Assembly (NCBI RefSeq): GCF_004010195.1
Contig: NC_057718.1
Span: forward strand, 30,386,045-30,450,044
Source: Chiloscyllium plagiosum
Lineage: Eukaryota
DNA length: 64,000 bases
Direction of reading: 5' to 3'
Shown: piece after piece, positions 24,475-37,407 of the stretch
How the letters are laid out: the number at the start of each line of letters is the position of its first letter
Numbering within the stretch: position 1 is the first letter of the stretch
Notes under the pieces: generated by a model
Told to the model about the DNA's origin: nothing
Seen by the model: only the letters and a program-made list of their open reading frames with translations
Database searches by the model: none
Position numbers and translations under genes: made by a program

Positions 24475-25794
24475 TGGTATATTGGGTAAACGTGTGATTT
24501 AACTATTATTAGCAAAATGACTACATGACCCAATTTATTAGCTTCTTAGTACATGTTGAACAAACACAAAAGATTTCTATCTCTCTCCATGGATATAAAA
24601 TTTGCAATACGGATGGGAAGAGCAGGTGCAGGAATGTTTATGCATGAAATTCTGAAGTGACTAAATGAATTAAATATGTATGTCACTTATTTGGTGCAGT
24701 GGTCAAGAAAAAGACAATTGACTTTGAACATCTTTGTTAAATATATTTTAATATATAATGTTCCAGTAGTGTTTTCTTGGTTGACTTGCAGTTTTGTGAA
24801 TTTTAATTTAAAGATTTTTCCCATATTTATGCTCATCAAAATAGGGTATTCAGAACTGGTGCATTTCCTGAAATTACACCAAATGCACTTTAAAGTGTGG
24901 TCAGATCAGTCATTTCATAGGTTGAAAGCTATGTACAAATCTGTACTCACACCCAAGAGTAACATTCTAAACTATAACAAGCTTGGAATACGAAGTCAAA
25001 ATGGTAGTGCATATTCTTTCTGGGTGAAAGAGAATTTTAGCATCAGTCTGGAATCCCTGAATGGCAGGATAAGCCTAAGAGGCTTTATGTCATACTTTGG
25101 TGCCTATGTTTCTAGTATATGTTCTATTACATGTATTCCATGTTTTAATGAGATACATTTTCAATATGGAGAGAGTTTGATGAGGAAGATGCTTGAATTA
25201 AATGAAGAAGAAATAGTGAGGAACTAGTGAACACTAACCATCAGGATATTGATTGAAATGGAGAAATGCTTTTTAGATAATGTTTTGTTGTCCTGTATAA
25301 GAGTTCAAGTATTTTCCTGGATGAAGCTACCTTATTTAACAATGTTGTGGATGGTTGGGCTTTTGAAAGAAAAGAAATGTTCACTATCAAAAGGAAAATA
25401 AATAGCTTCTTGAAGTAATTTGACTGGTAAGGAGATGTGGGAATTTCACTTGTGTTGAAAAGATATTGACAAAGCCAAACATATCAATAGAAGAAATAGC
25501 ATTTTCGGATTGAGTTTTGAAAGGAATCTTCTGTATATTGACCACTCTCTTTCTACAGTATTGTATTCACACCTGTCTCAAAACCAAGTTTGATGTCGAC
25601 AAAAACTTTCCTGCTTTGTTTTTATTTTGTATGTTCTTTTCTGATCTGATCTTTTCACAAAAGCTTTAGCTTGTTCAAAGTAATGTTGGTTGCACTGTCG
25701 CCCACTGTAGTCCATGTTTTTCACCTCACCTTCTTAGCTGTGGTACTATTATTGCTTCTATGTGTTTGTGCAATTTATACCCTCTGTATTAGCG

Positions 25795-25920
25795 AAACAC
25801 TGCAGATGCTCGAGATCTGAAATAAAAACAGAAAGTGTTGGAGAAACTCAGCAGGTCTGGTAGCCTCTGTGGAGAGAGAAACAGCGTTAACATTCTGAGT
25901 TGAATGGCTCATCTTCGGAT
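25795..25920 (-). mobile_element. Old PLE terminal-repeat remnant
   Basis: ctgcagatgctcgagatctgaaataaaaacagaaagtgttggagaaactcagcaggtctgg; same family as 12050-12195. Confidence 0.7.
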
Positions 25921-25951
25921 GTAACCTGTGGTATTTATATTGTTCTGATTG

Positions 25952-26164
25952 TGTATCAAGGTCAGCCAGGTGGACTTCACAGAATATGAGTTCCATGATT
26001 GGAGCTGTTAATCTGGTCTAATCAGGGGAGCCCTGGCTGACAGTTAAAAACAAGAGGAGTAGACATCTTGTTCACTCTGAGAGCTGGATCAGTGCCAAGG
26101 ATTCTCCATGTGTAAGTAAAGGGTGACTTGGTGATGCAATACTAGCCTCTGTGGGGTTAGCTCA
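25952..26164 (+). mobile_element. Solo LTR-like repeat (copy 2)
   Basis: TG...CA ends; colinear with the reverse complement of 10203-10424. Confidence 0.55.
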
Positions 26165-26323
26165 TATCTTTTTAATTTTTTATATTATTCTTTGAGAGTT
26201 TGGGCTTCTGGTTTTAGAGTTAGCCAGTGAATTTTCTGTGTCTAAAGTTGATAATTAAGTGTCTCTATAGCCGTCATGATTTATTTTAAAAATGGTTTGA
26301 AACCATTCTTTAGAGTAAATGGG

Positions 26324-26838
26324 CTGAAAAATGTGTTGCTGGAAAAGCACAGCAGGTCAGGCAGCATCAAAGGAGCAGGAGAATGGGTTGGGACTGAGAT
26401 AAGGTGGGGGGAGGGGAAATGAGGAAGCTGGAGAAATCTGCATTCATCCCTTGTGGTTGGAGGGTTCCTAGGCGGAAGATGAGGCGCTCTTCCTCCAGGC
26501 GTTGTGTTTCCATGGTCTGGCAATGGAGGAGGCCAAGGACCTGCATGTCCTTGGCGGAGTGGGAGGGGGAGTTAAAGTGTTAAGCCATGGGGTGGTTGGG
26601 TTGGTTGGTGCGGGTGTCCCAGAGGTGTTCTCTGAAACATTCCACAAGTAGGTGGCCTGTCTCCCCAATGTAAAGGAGGCCACATCGGGTGCAGCGGAGG
26701 CAGTAAATGATGTGTGTGGAGGTGCAGGTGAATTTGTGACGGATATGGAAGGATCCCTTGGGGCCTTGGAGGGAAGTGAGGGAGGAGGTCTGGGCGCAAG
26801 TTTTGCATTTCTTGCGGTAATTTTTCTCCTAGTTTTTT
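26324..26838 (-). mobile_element. Penelope-like element 3' fragment (GIY-YIG + partial pLTR)
   Basis: Minus-strand GIY-YIG region (IIYCLRCTRCGLLYIGETG) and LIFRLGTLQP; direct repeat TTTAGAGTAAATGGG at 26309-26323 / 26839-26853. Confidence 0.9.
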
Positions 26839-27679
26839 TTTAGAGTAAATGGGTTTTGTAAGTACTAAGAGGCTTTTGGTTATTTAGATTGTTTTATGAC
26901 CCAGCATGACAAATAATTGGGACTCCAGTTTTTTTTTACTGTGTTCTGTACTTTTTTTTAAGCATAGAGCAATATCCATAGCTAAGAAATGAAGACTTTT
27001 AGTTTTACTGTTGACTTTTTGGGTCATTCCATGGAAATGCGGTTAAATCCCTTAATGCTGTATTCTTAAAATGCTATATTTTTTCTATAACCTGTGGCTG
27101 TATGACCTGGTGGATCTTAATTGATAGGGGCCAGACCCACCCTTCTACCCCATTATCAATACCAGAATTTTGGCACATTGTTATGAAGGGTTCTATCAGC
27201 ATTTCTGAAGGATGTTCCTTATCAAAATGTCCCAGTACAAGTAGAAACTCATTTTTGCCTCTTACTCAGCAGAACTCTCTTGTATGTATTTCACAAGGCC
27301 CTTGTTAGCTTGAATATATTCTTTCTATGAAGGTGACAATTGCTTTAGCTTTTAATTTAACTTCACACTATGGAAGCTGCTGTTTCAGTTTAAGATCTTC
27401 CTCAGCCATTTTAAGTGAATTGAAAACCACTGTTAGCCATTTTATGCTGCTTCAACCAAGTGAAGCCTAAACGATTTCCATAAAGAAACACTCTGCTGAG
27501 GGACACAAAAACTTGAAGTCATGGATGTAATGAATTCTTTGTGAATAAATGTTGGAGTCTCTCAGTAGAGGTTTCATAAGTTCAGGAGCTATTGTATGGG
27601 AAAATTTGGAACAGATACCAGTGCAATTAAGACCAAGTATTTTGGATAATTGAAAATTTGAACAGGTTTAACTTGTAAG

Positions 27680-27955
27680 AAAGATTTGCATTTGCATTTT
27701 TTATAACATCTTAATATGTTTCATATACTGTGAATTTCTTGAGTTGTCCTTACGGTATTAGAAACAAACATGCACCATTTAGACATCCCAAAGTACTTTA
27801 CAGCCAGTACAGTACCTTGAAAGTGCAATTACTATCGTAATGAAGGAAATCCGATGTGGTAAATGATCAGTTAGTTTAAGGAAATCTAGGATGAGAAAAT
27901 ATAATCTAAACCTCCATACTTTTGCATCTTGTTAGCCTGTCCACCTGATGGGAAT
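27680..27955 (-). mobile_element. Old SINE remnant (possibly Deu-domain/L2-tailed type)
   Basis: acatcccaaagtactttacagcca and gtccacctga motifs resemble such SINEs in reverse; heavily decayed. Confidence 0.35.
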
Positions 27956-27979
27956 GACATTAGGAAGTTTGGGACTTTA

Positions 27980-28529
27980 GGAGAAAGTAAGGACTGCAGA
28001 TGGGTGCTGGAAAAGCACAGAGGTCATGCAGCATCCGAAGAGCAGGAGAATCGATGTTTTGGGCAAGAGCCCTTCATCAGGAATGAGGCTTGTGAGCCGA
28101 AGGGGTGTGAGATAAATGGGCGAGGGGTGGGACTGGGGGAAAGGCAGCTGAGAGTGCGATAGGTAGACGGAGGTGGGGTAATGGTGATAGGTCAGAGAGG
28201 AGGGTGGAGCGGACAGGTGGGAAGGAAAATGGACAGGTAGGGCAGGTCATGAGGGTAGTGCCAGGTTGGAAGGTTGGAACTGGAATCAGGTGGGGGTGGG
28301 AGGGGAGGGGAAAGAAGGAAACTGGTGAAATCCACATTGATGCCGTGTGGTTGGAGGGTCCCAAGACGGAAGATGAGGCGTTCTTCCTCCAGGCGTTGGG
28401 TGGTGAGGCTATAGCGATGGAGGAGGCCCAGGACCTGCATGTCCTTGGCGGAATGGGAGGGGGAGTTGAAATGTTCGGCCACGGGACGGTGGGGTTGGTT
28501 GGTGATGTTCTGTGAAGCGCTATGAAGCA
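27980..28529 (-). mobile_element. Penelope-like element 3' fragment + pLTR
   Basis: ORF 28192-28530 (VAEHFNSPSHS..RLEEERLIFRLGTLQPHGINVDF); HHR with GAAA mutated; direct repeat TTTGGGACTTTA at 27968-27979 / 28530-28541. Confidence 0.9.
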
Positions 28530-29294
28530 TTTGGGACTTTATCTGATATTCCTTCTCACTTAGTCATACATATGTCAGATTGATCAATCTGTGGGACAGC
28601 TAGACCAACTTCAACACAAGTCCCCAGATAGTCATAAAGAGCCTTGTTTTATTGCAGGGCTGACTTGACTGGGTATATGGTCTGTCCTGTTTTAATTTTT
28701 GTTAGCCTTTTTAGTGATTTAACATGGCGGAGTGCTTTGCTAAGCCCCATCAAAGGATCGTGCTAGGGTTAGGACTTGAAATTGGAGTCATGTGTGTATA
28801 TATATATATACAGTAGAATAGACCAAGTAACAACGTCACATTCCTTTAGAAACAGGACCTGTGGTTGGGTTTAATGTCAATTCATGATTGTTTTTCACTG
28901 ATCTGGACTTAAATCCTTTAATTGCTACAGTAGTATTTGAAATTATAGTTTGTACTTTGTTCCACTCAATGACACTTCAAACATGACTCTAATGTTAGGT
29001 TAGTACCTTTGAATGAAATGGAAGAAGGACTTTTGCTCACTAAGTCTTTACTCTTTCAAATTCCAAAATTACTTACACTGGTACTCTCCTTTCCTTCCTT
29101 CAAAAATATTCTTTCCATTTGTGCCTTTAATGTGTAGCTCTTTGCTTCATCCTGACTAATTCCGTAGTTCTGAGATACACTGTGTGGAAGAGCTCAACAA
29201 AGATGCAGGATGTTGATTTGTTGGCTTGTTATTTACAAAATCAGATAATAACTACTCCATCTGATGGCTGAAGAATTTGCCCTGAAATTATACT

Positions 29295-29450
29295 TAGAGT
29301 CATGGGGATGTGCAGCATGGAAACAGACCCTTCGATCCAACTCGTCCGTGCCAAATAGATATCCTAAACTAATTTAGTCCCATTTGCCAGCACTTGGCCG
29401 ATATCCCTCTCAACCCTTCCTATTCATGTACCCATCTAGATGTGTTTTAG
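29295..29450 (-). mobile_element. CR1 3' tail fragment
   Basis: tagagtcat...gcagcatggaaacagacccttcg; same tail as 50900-50970 in reverse. Confidence 0.8.
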
Positions 29451-29719
29451 CTTGAAAAATATTGTTAATGATAATTGTCAAATCATAATGGTATAACAGT
29501 CATCATTTTACAATTTGGCATGGTTTTTTTGGGGTGAGGGGTGATGCACAGTTATTGGTCTAAGTTTACTCAATGTTTATATTTTTGCTGTATATTCATA
29601 TGATTCCCCTACCAAACAATAATTTTGTTGACTGTAAATGGAAACATTACCAGCTAAATATCAAGTTGAATATGAAAGCTATTAGAATTACATAATTCTA
29701 GTTTCAGTACAGGCACATT

Positions 29720-32700
29720 GCTTTCAGGAGGAGCCAGCAGCAGAAGCTGGACGGAGGACTGTAGAGGGGAAGATTTAAAATCAAACACGGGGGTTCTTGA
29801 GGTCAGCAAGTATAGAGACCGGGGAAGAGCTTGAGTCTAAGACAAGTATATCTAAAAGGAAACTCAGTGAAACTGGAGGCTTGGGCTATATTTGCTTTAA
29901 TGCAAGAAGTACAACGGGTAAGATGGATGAATTTAGAGCCTGGATTAATGCATACATGATTTTGCTATCATAGAGACATGATTGAAAGAGGGACAGGATT
30001 TGCAGCTTAACGTTCTGGGATATTGACATTTTAGATGAGGCAGAGGACGAAGCTAAAGAGGTGAGGCAGTTTCTTTATTGGTGAGGGAGCATACCACAGC
30101 TGTGTTGAGGGAGGATACCCTGCAGGGATCTTGCAGTGTGGCATTATATGTGGAGCTCAGGAACAGGAAGGGTGCAGTCACAATGCTGGGATTGTCCTGC
30201 AGATACCCCAGCTGCCAGCAAGTGATAGAGGAAGAGATACGTTGTCAGATACTGGAAAGATGTGAAAATAACAGTTGTTGTGGTGTGTGATTTTAACTTC
30301 CCCTATATTGACTAGGACTCCCTTAGTACTGGGGCTTTGAATGGGGAGCAATTTGTTAGTTGTATCCAGGAGGGCTTTATGAAACAATATGTGGATAGTC
30401 CATCAAGGGTAGGAAACATACTGGACCTGGTATTGGGGAATAAACACGGTTAGGTGATCAAAATTTCAATAGGGAAGCATTTTGGGAATAGTGACCATAA
30501 TTTGTACGTTTCGAATACTTATGGATAAGGACAAGAGTGGACCTTGGATGAAGGTGTTAAATTGGGGAAGGCCAACTATAACCGAATTGGGCAAGCATGA
30601 GAGAATGTGCACTGGGAGCAGTTGTTGGGAACATGCCTGTCCTGCAATTTAATCAATTTGTCCTTAAAATATTCTGACATGTCAGATGTGGTTTTACCCT
30701 CAGATTCGATTAGAATGCAGTACAGATATGCTCCTGTGAAAATGAACGACACGAATAGCAAGTTTCAAGAATTTTGGATGACGGGAAATTATCAGCTTCG
30801 TCAAAAAAAAGGAAGCATACTTAAGGTCAAGGCAACTAAAAACAGTTGCCTAGAAGAATATGGAGAAAGTAGGAAGGAAGGAGAGTTAGGAAGGATGAAA
30901 GGGGCTATGAAATGTCTGTGGCCAGCAGGTTTAAGAAGAATCCCAATGCATTTTATACATCTATTAGGAACAAGAAGGTAGCTAGGGAAAGAGTAGGCCC
31001 ACTCAAGGATAAATGACAGAGGTTGTGTGGAGCCAGAGGAAATGGGTGAGATTCTTAATGAGTACTTTACATCAGTGTTTACCGAAGAGAGGGAAGTGAG
31101 GGATGTTGAGGTCAGGGAAAGGCGCGTGAATACTTTTGGGCAGGACTGTATAATGAAGGAGGAAGTGTTGGATGTCTTGAAATACATTAAGGCAGACATG
31201 ACCCCATGGCCAGACGGGATCTATGCCAGGATACTATGGGAGGCAAGGGAGGAAATAGCTAGGGCCTTAAAGTTATCTTTGCTTCCTCTTTGGCCTCAGG
31301 CGAGGTTCCAAAGGATGGAGAATGGTCAATGTTGTTCCTTTATTTAAGAAGAGAAACAGATAATCCAGGTAATTACAGGCTGGTGAGCTTGATGTCAGTG
31401 TTTGGAGAGTTGTTGATGAAGGTACTGAGAGACAGGATTCATTCACATTTGGAATTGAATGGACTTGTTAGTGATAGGCAGCATGGGTTTGTGTGGTTAA
31501 GATCATGTCTCTCCAACTTGACTGAGTTTCTTTAAGGAGGTGACAAGAATGTTTAATGAGGGAAGAGCAGGAGATGTTGTCGACATGGACTTTAGTAAGT
31601 CATTTGATAAGGTACCTCATGTCATGCTGGTGCAGAAGGTAGTGTCTCGTAGGTTCCAGGATGGGCTGGCTAAATGGCTTGGTCATAGAAGACAGAGAGT
31701 CGTGGTGGAAGGATGCTTTTGAAAATGGAGATCAATAACTAGTGATGTTCCGCAGGGATCAATGCTGGGACCTTGGTTGTTTCTATATATATAAAGGGAA
31801 ATGTAATTGGTCTGATTAATAAGTTTGTGGATGACCCCAAAATTGGCAGAGTAGCAGATACTGAGGACGATTGGCGAAGGATGCAGCAGAATATGGATAG
31901 ATCGCAGATTTGTGCAGAAAAAGGGCATAGAGTCATAGAGACGTACAGCACGGAAACAGATGCAGATTATATTTAATCTAGACAAATGCAGGGGATGCAT
32001 TTTGGAAGATCAATTTCAGGTGTGAATTATACAATAAATGGCAGAATCCTTAGGAGTGTTGATCTACAGAGGAATCTGGGCATGCAGATCCCTGAAAATG
32101 GCAACACAAGTGGGTAAGGTGGTCAAGAAGGCATACAGCACTCTTGCCTTCATTGCTGGGTCATTGAATATAAAAGTTATTAAGTTATGTTATAGCTGTG
32201 CAAAACTTTAGTTAGGCCACATTTGAAATATTGTATGCAGTTCTGGCCGCCACACTACCAGAAGGACTTGTTTGCTTTAGAGAGGGTGCAGAGAAGGTTT
32301 GCCATGGTTGCCTGTTCTGGAGAGTTTTAGTTATGAGGAGAGCTTGGATAAATTCAGATTGTTTTCATTGGAAAGATGGAGGCTGAGGGGTGACCTGATA
32401 GAGATCTACAAAATTACGAGAGGCATCGATAGGGTGGATAGTCAGAGGCTTTTTCCAAGGGTTAAACGGTCAATTTCAAGAAGGCATAGATTCGAGGTGA
32501 GAGGGGGAAAGTTTAGGGGAGAAGTGTTGGGAAAAGTTTTCACAATGAATGATGGGTGCCTCGAACACAATCCCAGTTAGCAACCTTTAAGGTGCATCTT
32601 GAAAGACATATATAAACTGGAGGTGAACAGAGGGGTAGAAATTGCATATGGGCAATAAATAGCGGGTCTTAATAAGGATTAGCAATCAGCGCAAGCTTGG

Positions 32701-32743
32701 TGGCAGAATGGTTGTTTCTATGCTGTATTGTATTGTATTATAT
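29720..32743 (+). mobile_element. CR1 LINE, nearly complete degenerate ORF2
   Basis: APE start (CFNARS ~29890), VELRNRKG, RT (NYRLVSLMS, DFSKSFDKVPH, KFVDD), C-terminus, (tattg)n tail. Confidence 0.92.
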
Positions 32744-33577
32744 GTTGTGGTTCTGTTCGCTGAGCTGGGAATTTGTGTTGCAGACGTTTCGTCCCCTGTC
32801 TAGGTGACATCCTCAGTGCTTGGGAGCCTCCTGTGAAGCGCTTCTGTGATCTTTCCTCTGGCATTTGTAGTGGTTTGAATCTGCCGCTTCCGGTTGTCAG
32901 TCCAGCTGTCCGCTGCAGTGGTCGGTATATTGGGTCCAGGTCGATGTGCTTATTGATTGAATCTGTGGATGAGTGCCATGCCTCTAGGAATTCCCTGGCT
33001 GTTCTCTGTTTGACTTGTCCCAGTCGAATTCATGTTGCTTGTCATCTGCGTGTGTGGCTACTAAAGATAGCTGGTCGTGTCGTTTCATGGCTAGTTGGTG
33101 TTCATGGATGCGGATCGTTAGCTGTCTTCCTGTTTGTCCTATGTAGTGTTTTGTGCAGTCCTTGCATGGGATTTTGTACACTACATTGGTTTTGCTCATG
33201 CTGGGTATCGGGTCCCTCGTTCAGGTGAGTTGTTGTCTGAGAGTGGCTGTTGGTTTGTGTGCTATTATGAGTCCTAGTGGTCACAGTAGTCTGGCTGTCA
33301 GGACTCATAACAGCACACAAAGCAACAGCCACTCTCAGATAACAACTCACCAGAACGAAGGACCCAATACCCAGCATGAGCAAAACCAACCGGAAGCGGC
33401 AGATTCAAACCACTACAAATGCCAGAAGAAAGATCACAGAAGCGCTTCACAGGAGCTCCCAAGCACTGAGGATGTCACCTAGACAGGGGACGAAACATCT
33501 GCAACACAAATTCCCAGCTCGGCGAACAGAACCACAACAATGAGCACCCGAGCTACAAATCATCTCACAGACTTTGA
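32744..33577. mobile_element. Penelope-like element (Penelope/Poseidon-type) in inverted, palindromic arrangement
   Basis: Minus-strand GIY-YIG (VVYKIPCKDCTKHYIGQTGRQLTIRIHEH); HHRs at 32780-32819(-) and 33463-33502(+); direct repeat ATTGTATTATAT at 32732-32743 / 33578-33589. Confidence 0.92.
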
Positions 33578-34789
33578 ATTGTATTATATAATTTCTATTT
33601 ATGCATAACCAAATAAAAACAAAATATTTGGCTTAAACTTTGAGTAGTTTTCTTCAAACATTAATTATTTTTCTGACAAAGGCTCTTATGACAGTGGCTT
33701 CTATGGAATTTGGGTTCTGTCACAATAATTGCAATACTTTGATACAAACCATAGATTTATCTGTACCTTTTTTTTCTTTCCAGCTCATATAAGAAACTTG
33801 TGATTAGTTTTGGCTTTTGTTGGTCTCCCAGTTGGCAATTTTCAGATTATGAGATCATGGCTAGCTCCAAAAGTATCAGATGTTCCTTTTATTATTTTTG
33901 AAGCTGAACCAGACCAGGAGGTGGAGGGCAACAGAGGAAATTACGGCATGCCTTTTGTATCTAGTGTGTTGATATCACTTCATTACAAAGTCAAAATGCC
34001 ATTGAAGAAAAAAAAAGCGAATTTTAAGGAAGCACCCATACTAAAGTAACAGCAGAGTTGTAGGGATCATGAAATGATGGTTTGCAGTTAATCTGAATTT
34101 TTGATTGCCCTACCCATCCATTAAATAATGCATTTGATGTACTGGGTTTAAAGTAGCAATTAGACACCTAATTCCAATTGTAATATAATCCAGGTGTCAC
34201 GTCAGCGATTTGTAGAATTATTCTGAAATTAAAAGTGTAAGACGACTTCCTAGTCCTCTGCAAAGTCAAGTTTAAATACATCTTGACTATCCAATTGACT
34301 GCCTGTGACTCTTAATCTTGTACAATCCTATACTTTACTTCTGAATCATGTTTAGGTTTTCAAATTCTGAACAGTCTTTTGTGCTGAAGGCTTGTTAAAA
34401 TTTCAATAGTTTCTGCTGTACGATGAATTGACATAATTAGGCATAGTTTTAGATAAACAAATTAATTCTAGAATATTAAATTAAATGTCATCCCTCCAAA
34501 GCCTAAAGAGGATCTGTTTATACATCAAATCATGTTTGAGTATAGCAAAGCTATTGAGCAGTAGTAAGAAACATTAGAATAAGCACCATGTTGAATGCCC
34601 TGCAAAAGAAAAAAGTACCATAAATCACTATAGGACTCTGCACTAATACATGAGTTTGTTAGTTTATTTTAATGTTGCTTGTTACTATCAGAGTCACCTT
34701 GAGTTTTGTGGTGACATTTGAGAAGGCATACACTACAGCAAAATTTTGCGGATACAATGCTGCAGTATCGTGCAGGAGACTGTTAAATC

Positions 34790-36620
34790 AGAAAAGAGCC
34801 CATGTGTTAGGGGCAAGGTACTGGCATGAATAGAAGATTGGCTGACTGGCAGAAGGCAGGGATAAAGGAATCATTTTCAGGATGGCAGCCGGTGACTAAA
34901 GGACATCTGCAGGAGTCAGTTTTCAGACCACAATTATGCACATTATACATTAACGATCTGGATGAAGGAACTAAGGACGTTGTTGTTAAGTTTGCAGATG
35001 ACGCAAAGGTAGGGGAGGGACAGGTGGTGTTGAGGAAGTGGCCAGGTTGCTCAAGGACTTTTGCTTGGAGAGTGAAACAGCAGATAGAACATAATGTGGG
35101 AAAGTGAGAGCTTCGGTACATTGCTATAAAGAATAGAGGCATTGACTATTTTCTAAACCAGGAAAGGCTTTGGAAAGCTGAAACATCCTCCTTATAGTAT
35201 GGAAACCAGAACTGCACACAGTGCTGTAGTTGTGGCTGTGCCAATGTTCTGTACAGCTCCAGCATAACCACCCAGCTCTTGTCTTCTGTGCCGCGATTAA
35301 TAAAGGCAAGTATCCCATCTGATTTTTTAGCCACCCTATCCATCTGTCCTGTTACCTACAAGGATTTGTTCACATTCACACCAATGTCTCACTGATCCTC
35401 AGTAATACCTAGGGCCCTACCATTTGTCTGTATACCCTAGGCTTACTAGCCTTTCCAAAATACATCACTCCACAAATTTCAGGGTTGAACTCCGTTTGCC
35501 ATATTCTGGCAGTCAGTCCAATTTGTCTATGTCTTAGAGTCATAGAGATGTACAGCATGGACACAGACCCTTCAGTCCAACCCATCCATGCCGACCAGAT
35601 ATCCCAACCCAATCTAGTCCCACCTGCCAGCACCCGGCCCATATCCCTCCAAACCCTCTGCATGAAAAAGTTGCCCCTTTTATATCTTTCCTCTCTCACC
35701 CTAAACCTATGCCCTCTAGTTCTGGACTCCCCGACCCCAGGGAAAAGACTTTGTCTATTTATCCTATCCATGCCCCTCATAATTTTGTAAACCTCCATAA
35801 GGTCATCCCTCAGGCTCCGAACGCTCCAGGGAAAACAGCCCCAGCCTGTTCAGCCTCTCCCTGTAGCTCAGATCCTCCAACCCTGGCAACATCCTTGTAA
35901 ATCTTTTCTGAACCCTTTCAAATTTCACAACATCTTCCGATGGGAAGGAGACCAGAATTGCACGCAATATTCCAACAGTGGCCTAACCAATGTCCTGTAC
36001 AGCTGCAACATGACTCCCAATTCCTGTACTCAATACTCTGACCAATAAAGGAAAGCATACCAAACGCCTTCTTCACTATCCTATCTATCTGTGACTCCAC
36101 TTCCAAGGAGCTATGAACCTGCACTCCAAGGTCTCTAGAATAAAGCTTTCTTCCTCACTGTATATCACACCACTGATTTTTGTGTCATGTGCAAACTTAC
36201 TGATTAAAATCACCTACATCCATGTCTAAATCATTAATATACAGTACATCCAGCAAGGGAGCCAGCACTGAGCCTGCACCTTGCCACTGGACACAAGGCT
36301 TCTAATCACAAAAATAACCTTTGACCTGCACACTCTGCCTTCTGTAAGTAAGCTAATTCAGACACAATTGCCAAAATGCCCTGAATCTCAAAGGCTGTCA
36401 TCTTCTTGACCAGTTTCCCATGCAACACCTTGTCAAAAGCCTTAGTGATGTCCAGACTGTAGCAACTCCATTAAACTAATCTACAAACCTATTTGTCACT
36501 TTAAAACATCCAAGCAAATTTATTAGAAGTTTTTAAGCTTCCTTGATAAAGCCACGCTCACTATTCTTGGTAAATACTTAACTCTCCAGGTGAAGATAGA
36601 TTCTGTCCCTCAGAATTTTG
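34790..36620. mobile_element. Cluster of CR1 fragments (+ 34790-35180; - 35180-36620, with a younger - copy nested at 35535-36135)
   Basis: KFADDAK; LYRTLAQPQLQHCVQFW; MEVYKIMRGMDR. Confidence 0.85.
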
Positions 36621-36693
36621 TCACATCTTTTACAGTTTGGAACAAAGAAGTTCAGTCAATTGACATCTTCCATTATTGCTGTCACAGCCAGTA

Positions 36694-36955
36694 TTAGATT
36701 AGATTACATTAGATTACATTACATTGTGGAAACAGGCCCTTCGGCCCAACAAGTCCACACCGACCCGCCGAAGCGCAACCCACCCATACCCCTACATTTA
36801 CCCCTTACCTAACACTACGGGCAATTTAGCAAGGCCAATTCACCTGACCTGCACATCTTTGGACTGTGGGAGGAAACCGGAGCACCCGGAGGAAACCCAC
36901 GCAGACACGGGGAGAACGTGCAAACTCCACACAGTCAGTCGCCTGACAGTCGCCA
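36694..36955 (-). mobile_element. HE1/V-SINE-like SINE, 5'-truncated
   Basis: V-SINE core (reverse of gtgtggagtttgcacgttctccccgtgtctgcgtgggtttcctccgggtgctccgg), CR1-like tail, (taatc)n end. Confidence 0.88.
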
Positions 36956-37369
36956 CACAGTCAGTCTTGTTGAACCACCATGAGTTACATTTCAACGGTG
37001 AGAAGGTCTCTTTCCTCTGCTTCAATCTATCAAAGAGACTAACAAAATCTAAATGCTGAATATGTGCAAGCAGTATTGTTATTCAGGTCTCCACTATAGT
37101 TAAGAATTTCAAACGCATGTTTCTTTGGAATTATTGGGCATATACAGGCTTCTTATTTACCCAGTTTCTTTTTTGCGTTGCACCTGGATATTCTGAACAA
37201 AATTGTTATCTTGAGATTTGTCTTAAAGGTTGATGAACTTCCTTTTGGAAGACAAGAAAAAATTATCTACAATGATTTCTTTACCCTATCTCGTTAAAGA
37301 GCACATTCTGTATTAAATTCTTCTGTATATTAAATCAAGTCTGACTTTTTCATTTCTTTTGCTCTGCAG

Positions 37370-37407
37370 ACCATGTGATCCCCAGTCATTTCAACATCCT
37401 TTAAGAG
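37370..37407 (+). other. MBD5: Candidate 38-nt non-coding exon; resembles MBD5 5'UTR
   Basis: Branch-point-like ctgac (37341), polypyrimidine tract, CAG (37369); weak donor GAG|GTTTCT. The sequence accatgtgatccccagtcatttcaacatcct resembles my recollection of human MBD5 mRNA (unverified). Confidence 0.5.

Noticed and set aside
24676..25227. 183-aa ORF in unique DNA
   Set aside because: AT-rich, F/I/L/K/N-biased translation with no recognisable domain or splice context; consistent with a chance ORF.
33760..33790. Strong acceptor-like ccttttttttctttccAG (33783)
   Set aside because: No convincing donor or open frame downstream; not called an exon.
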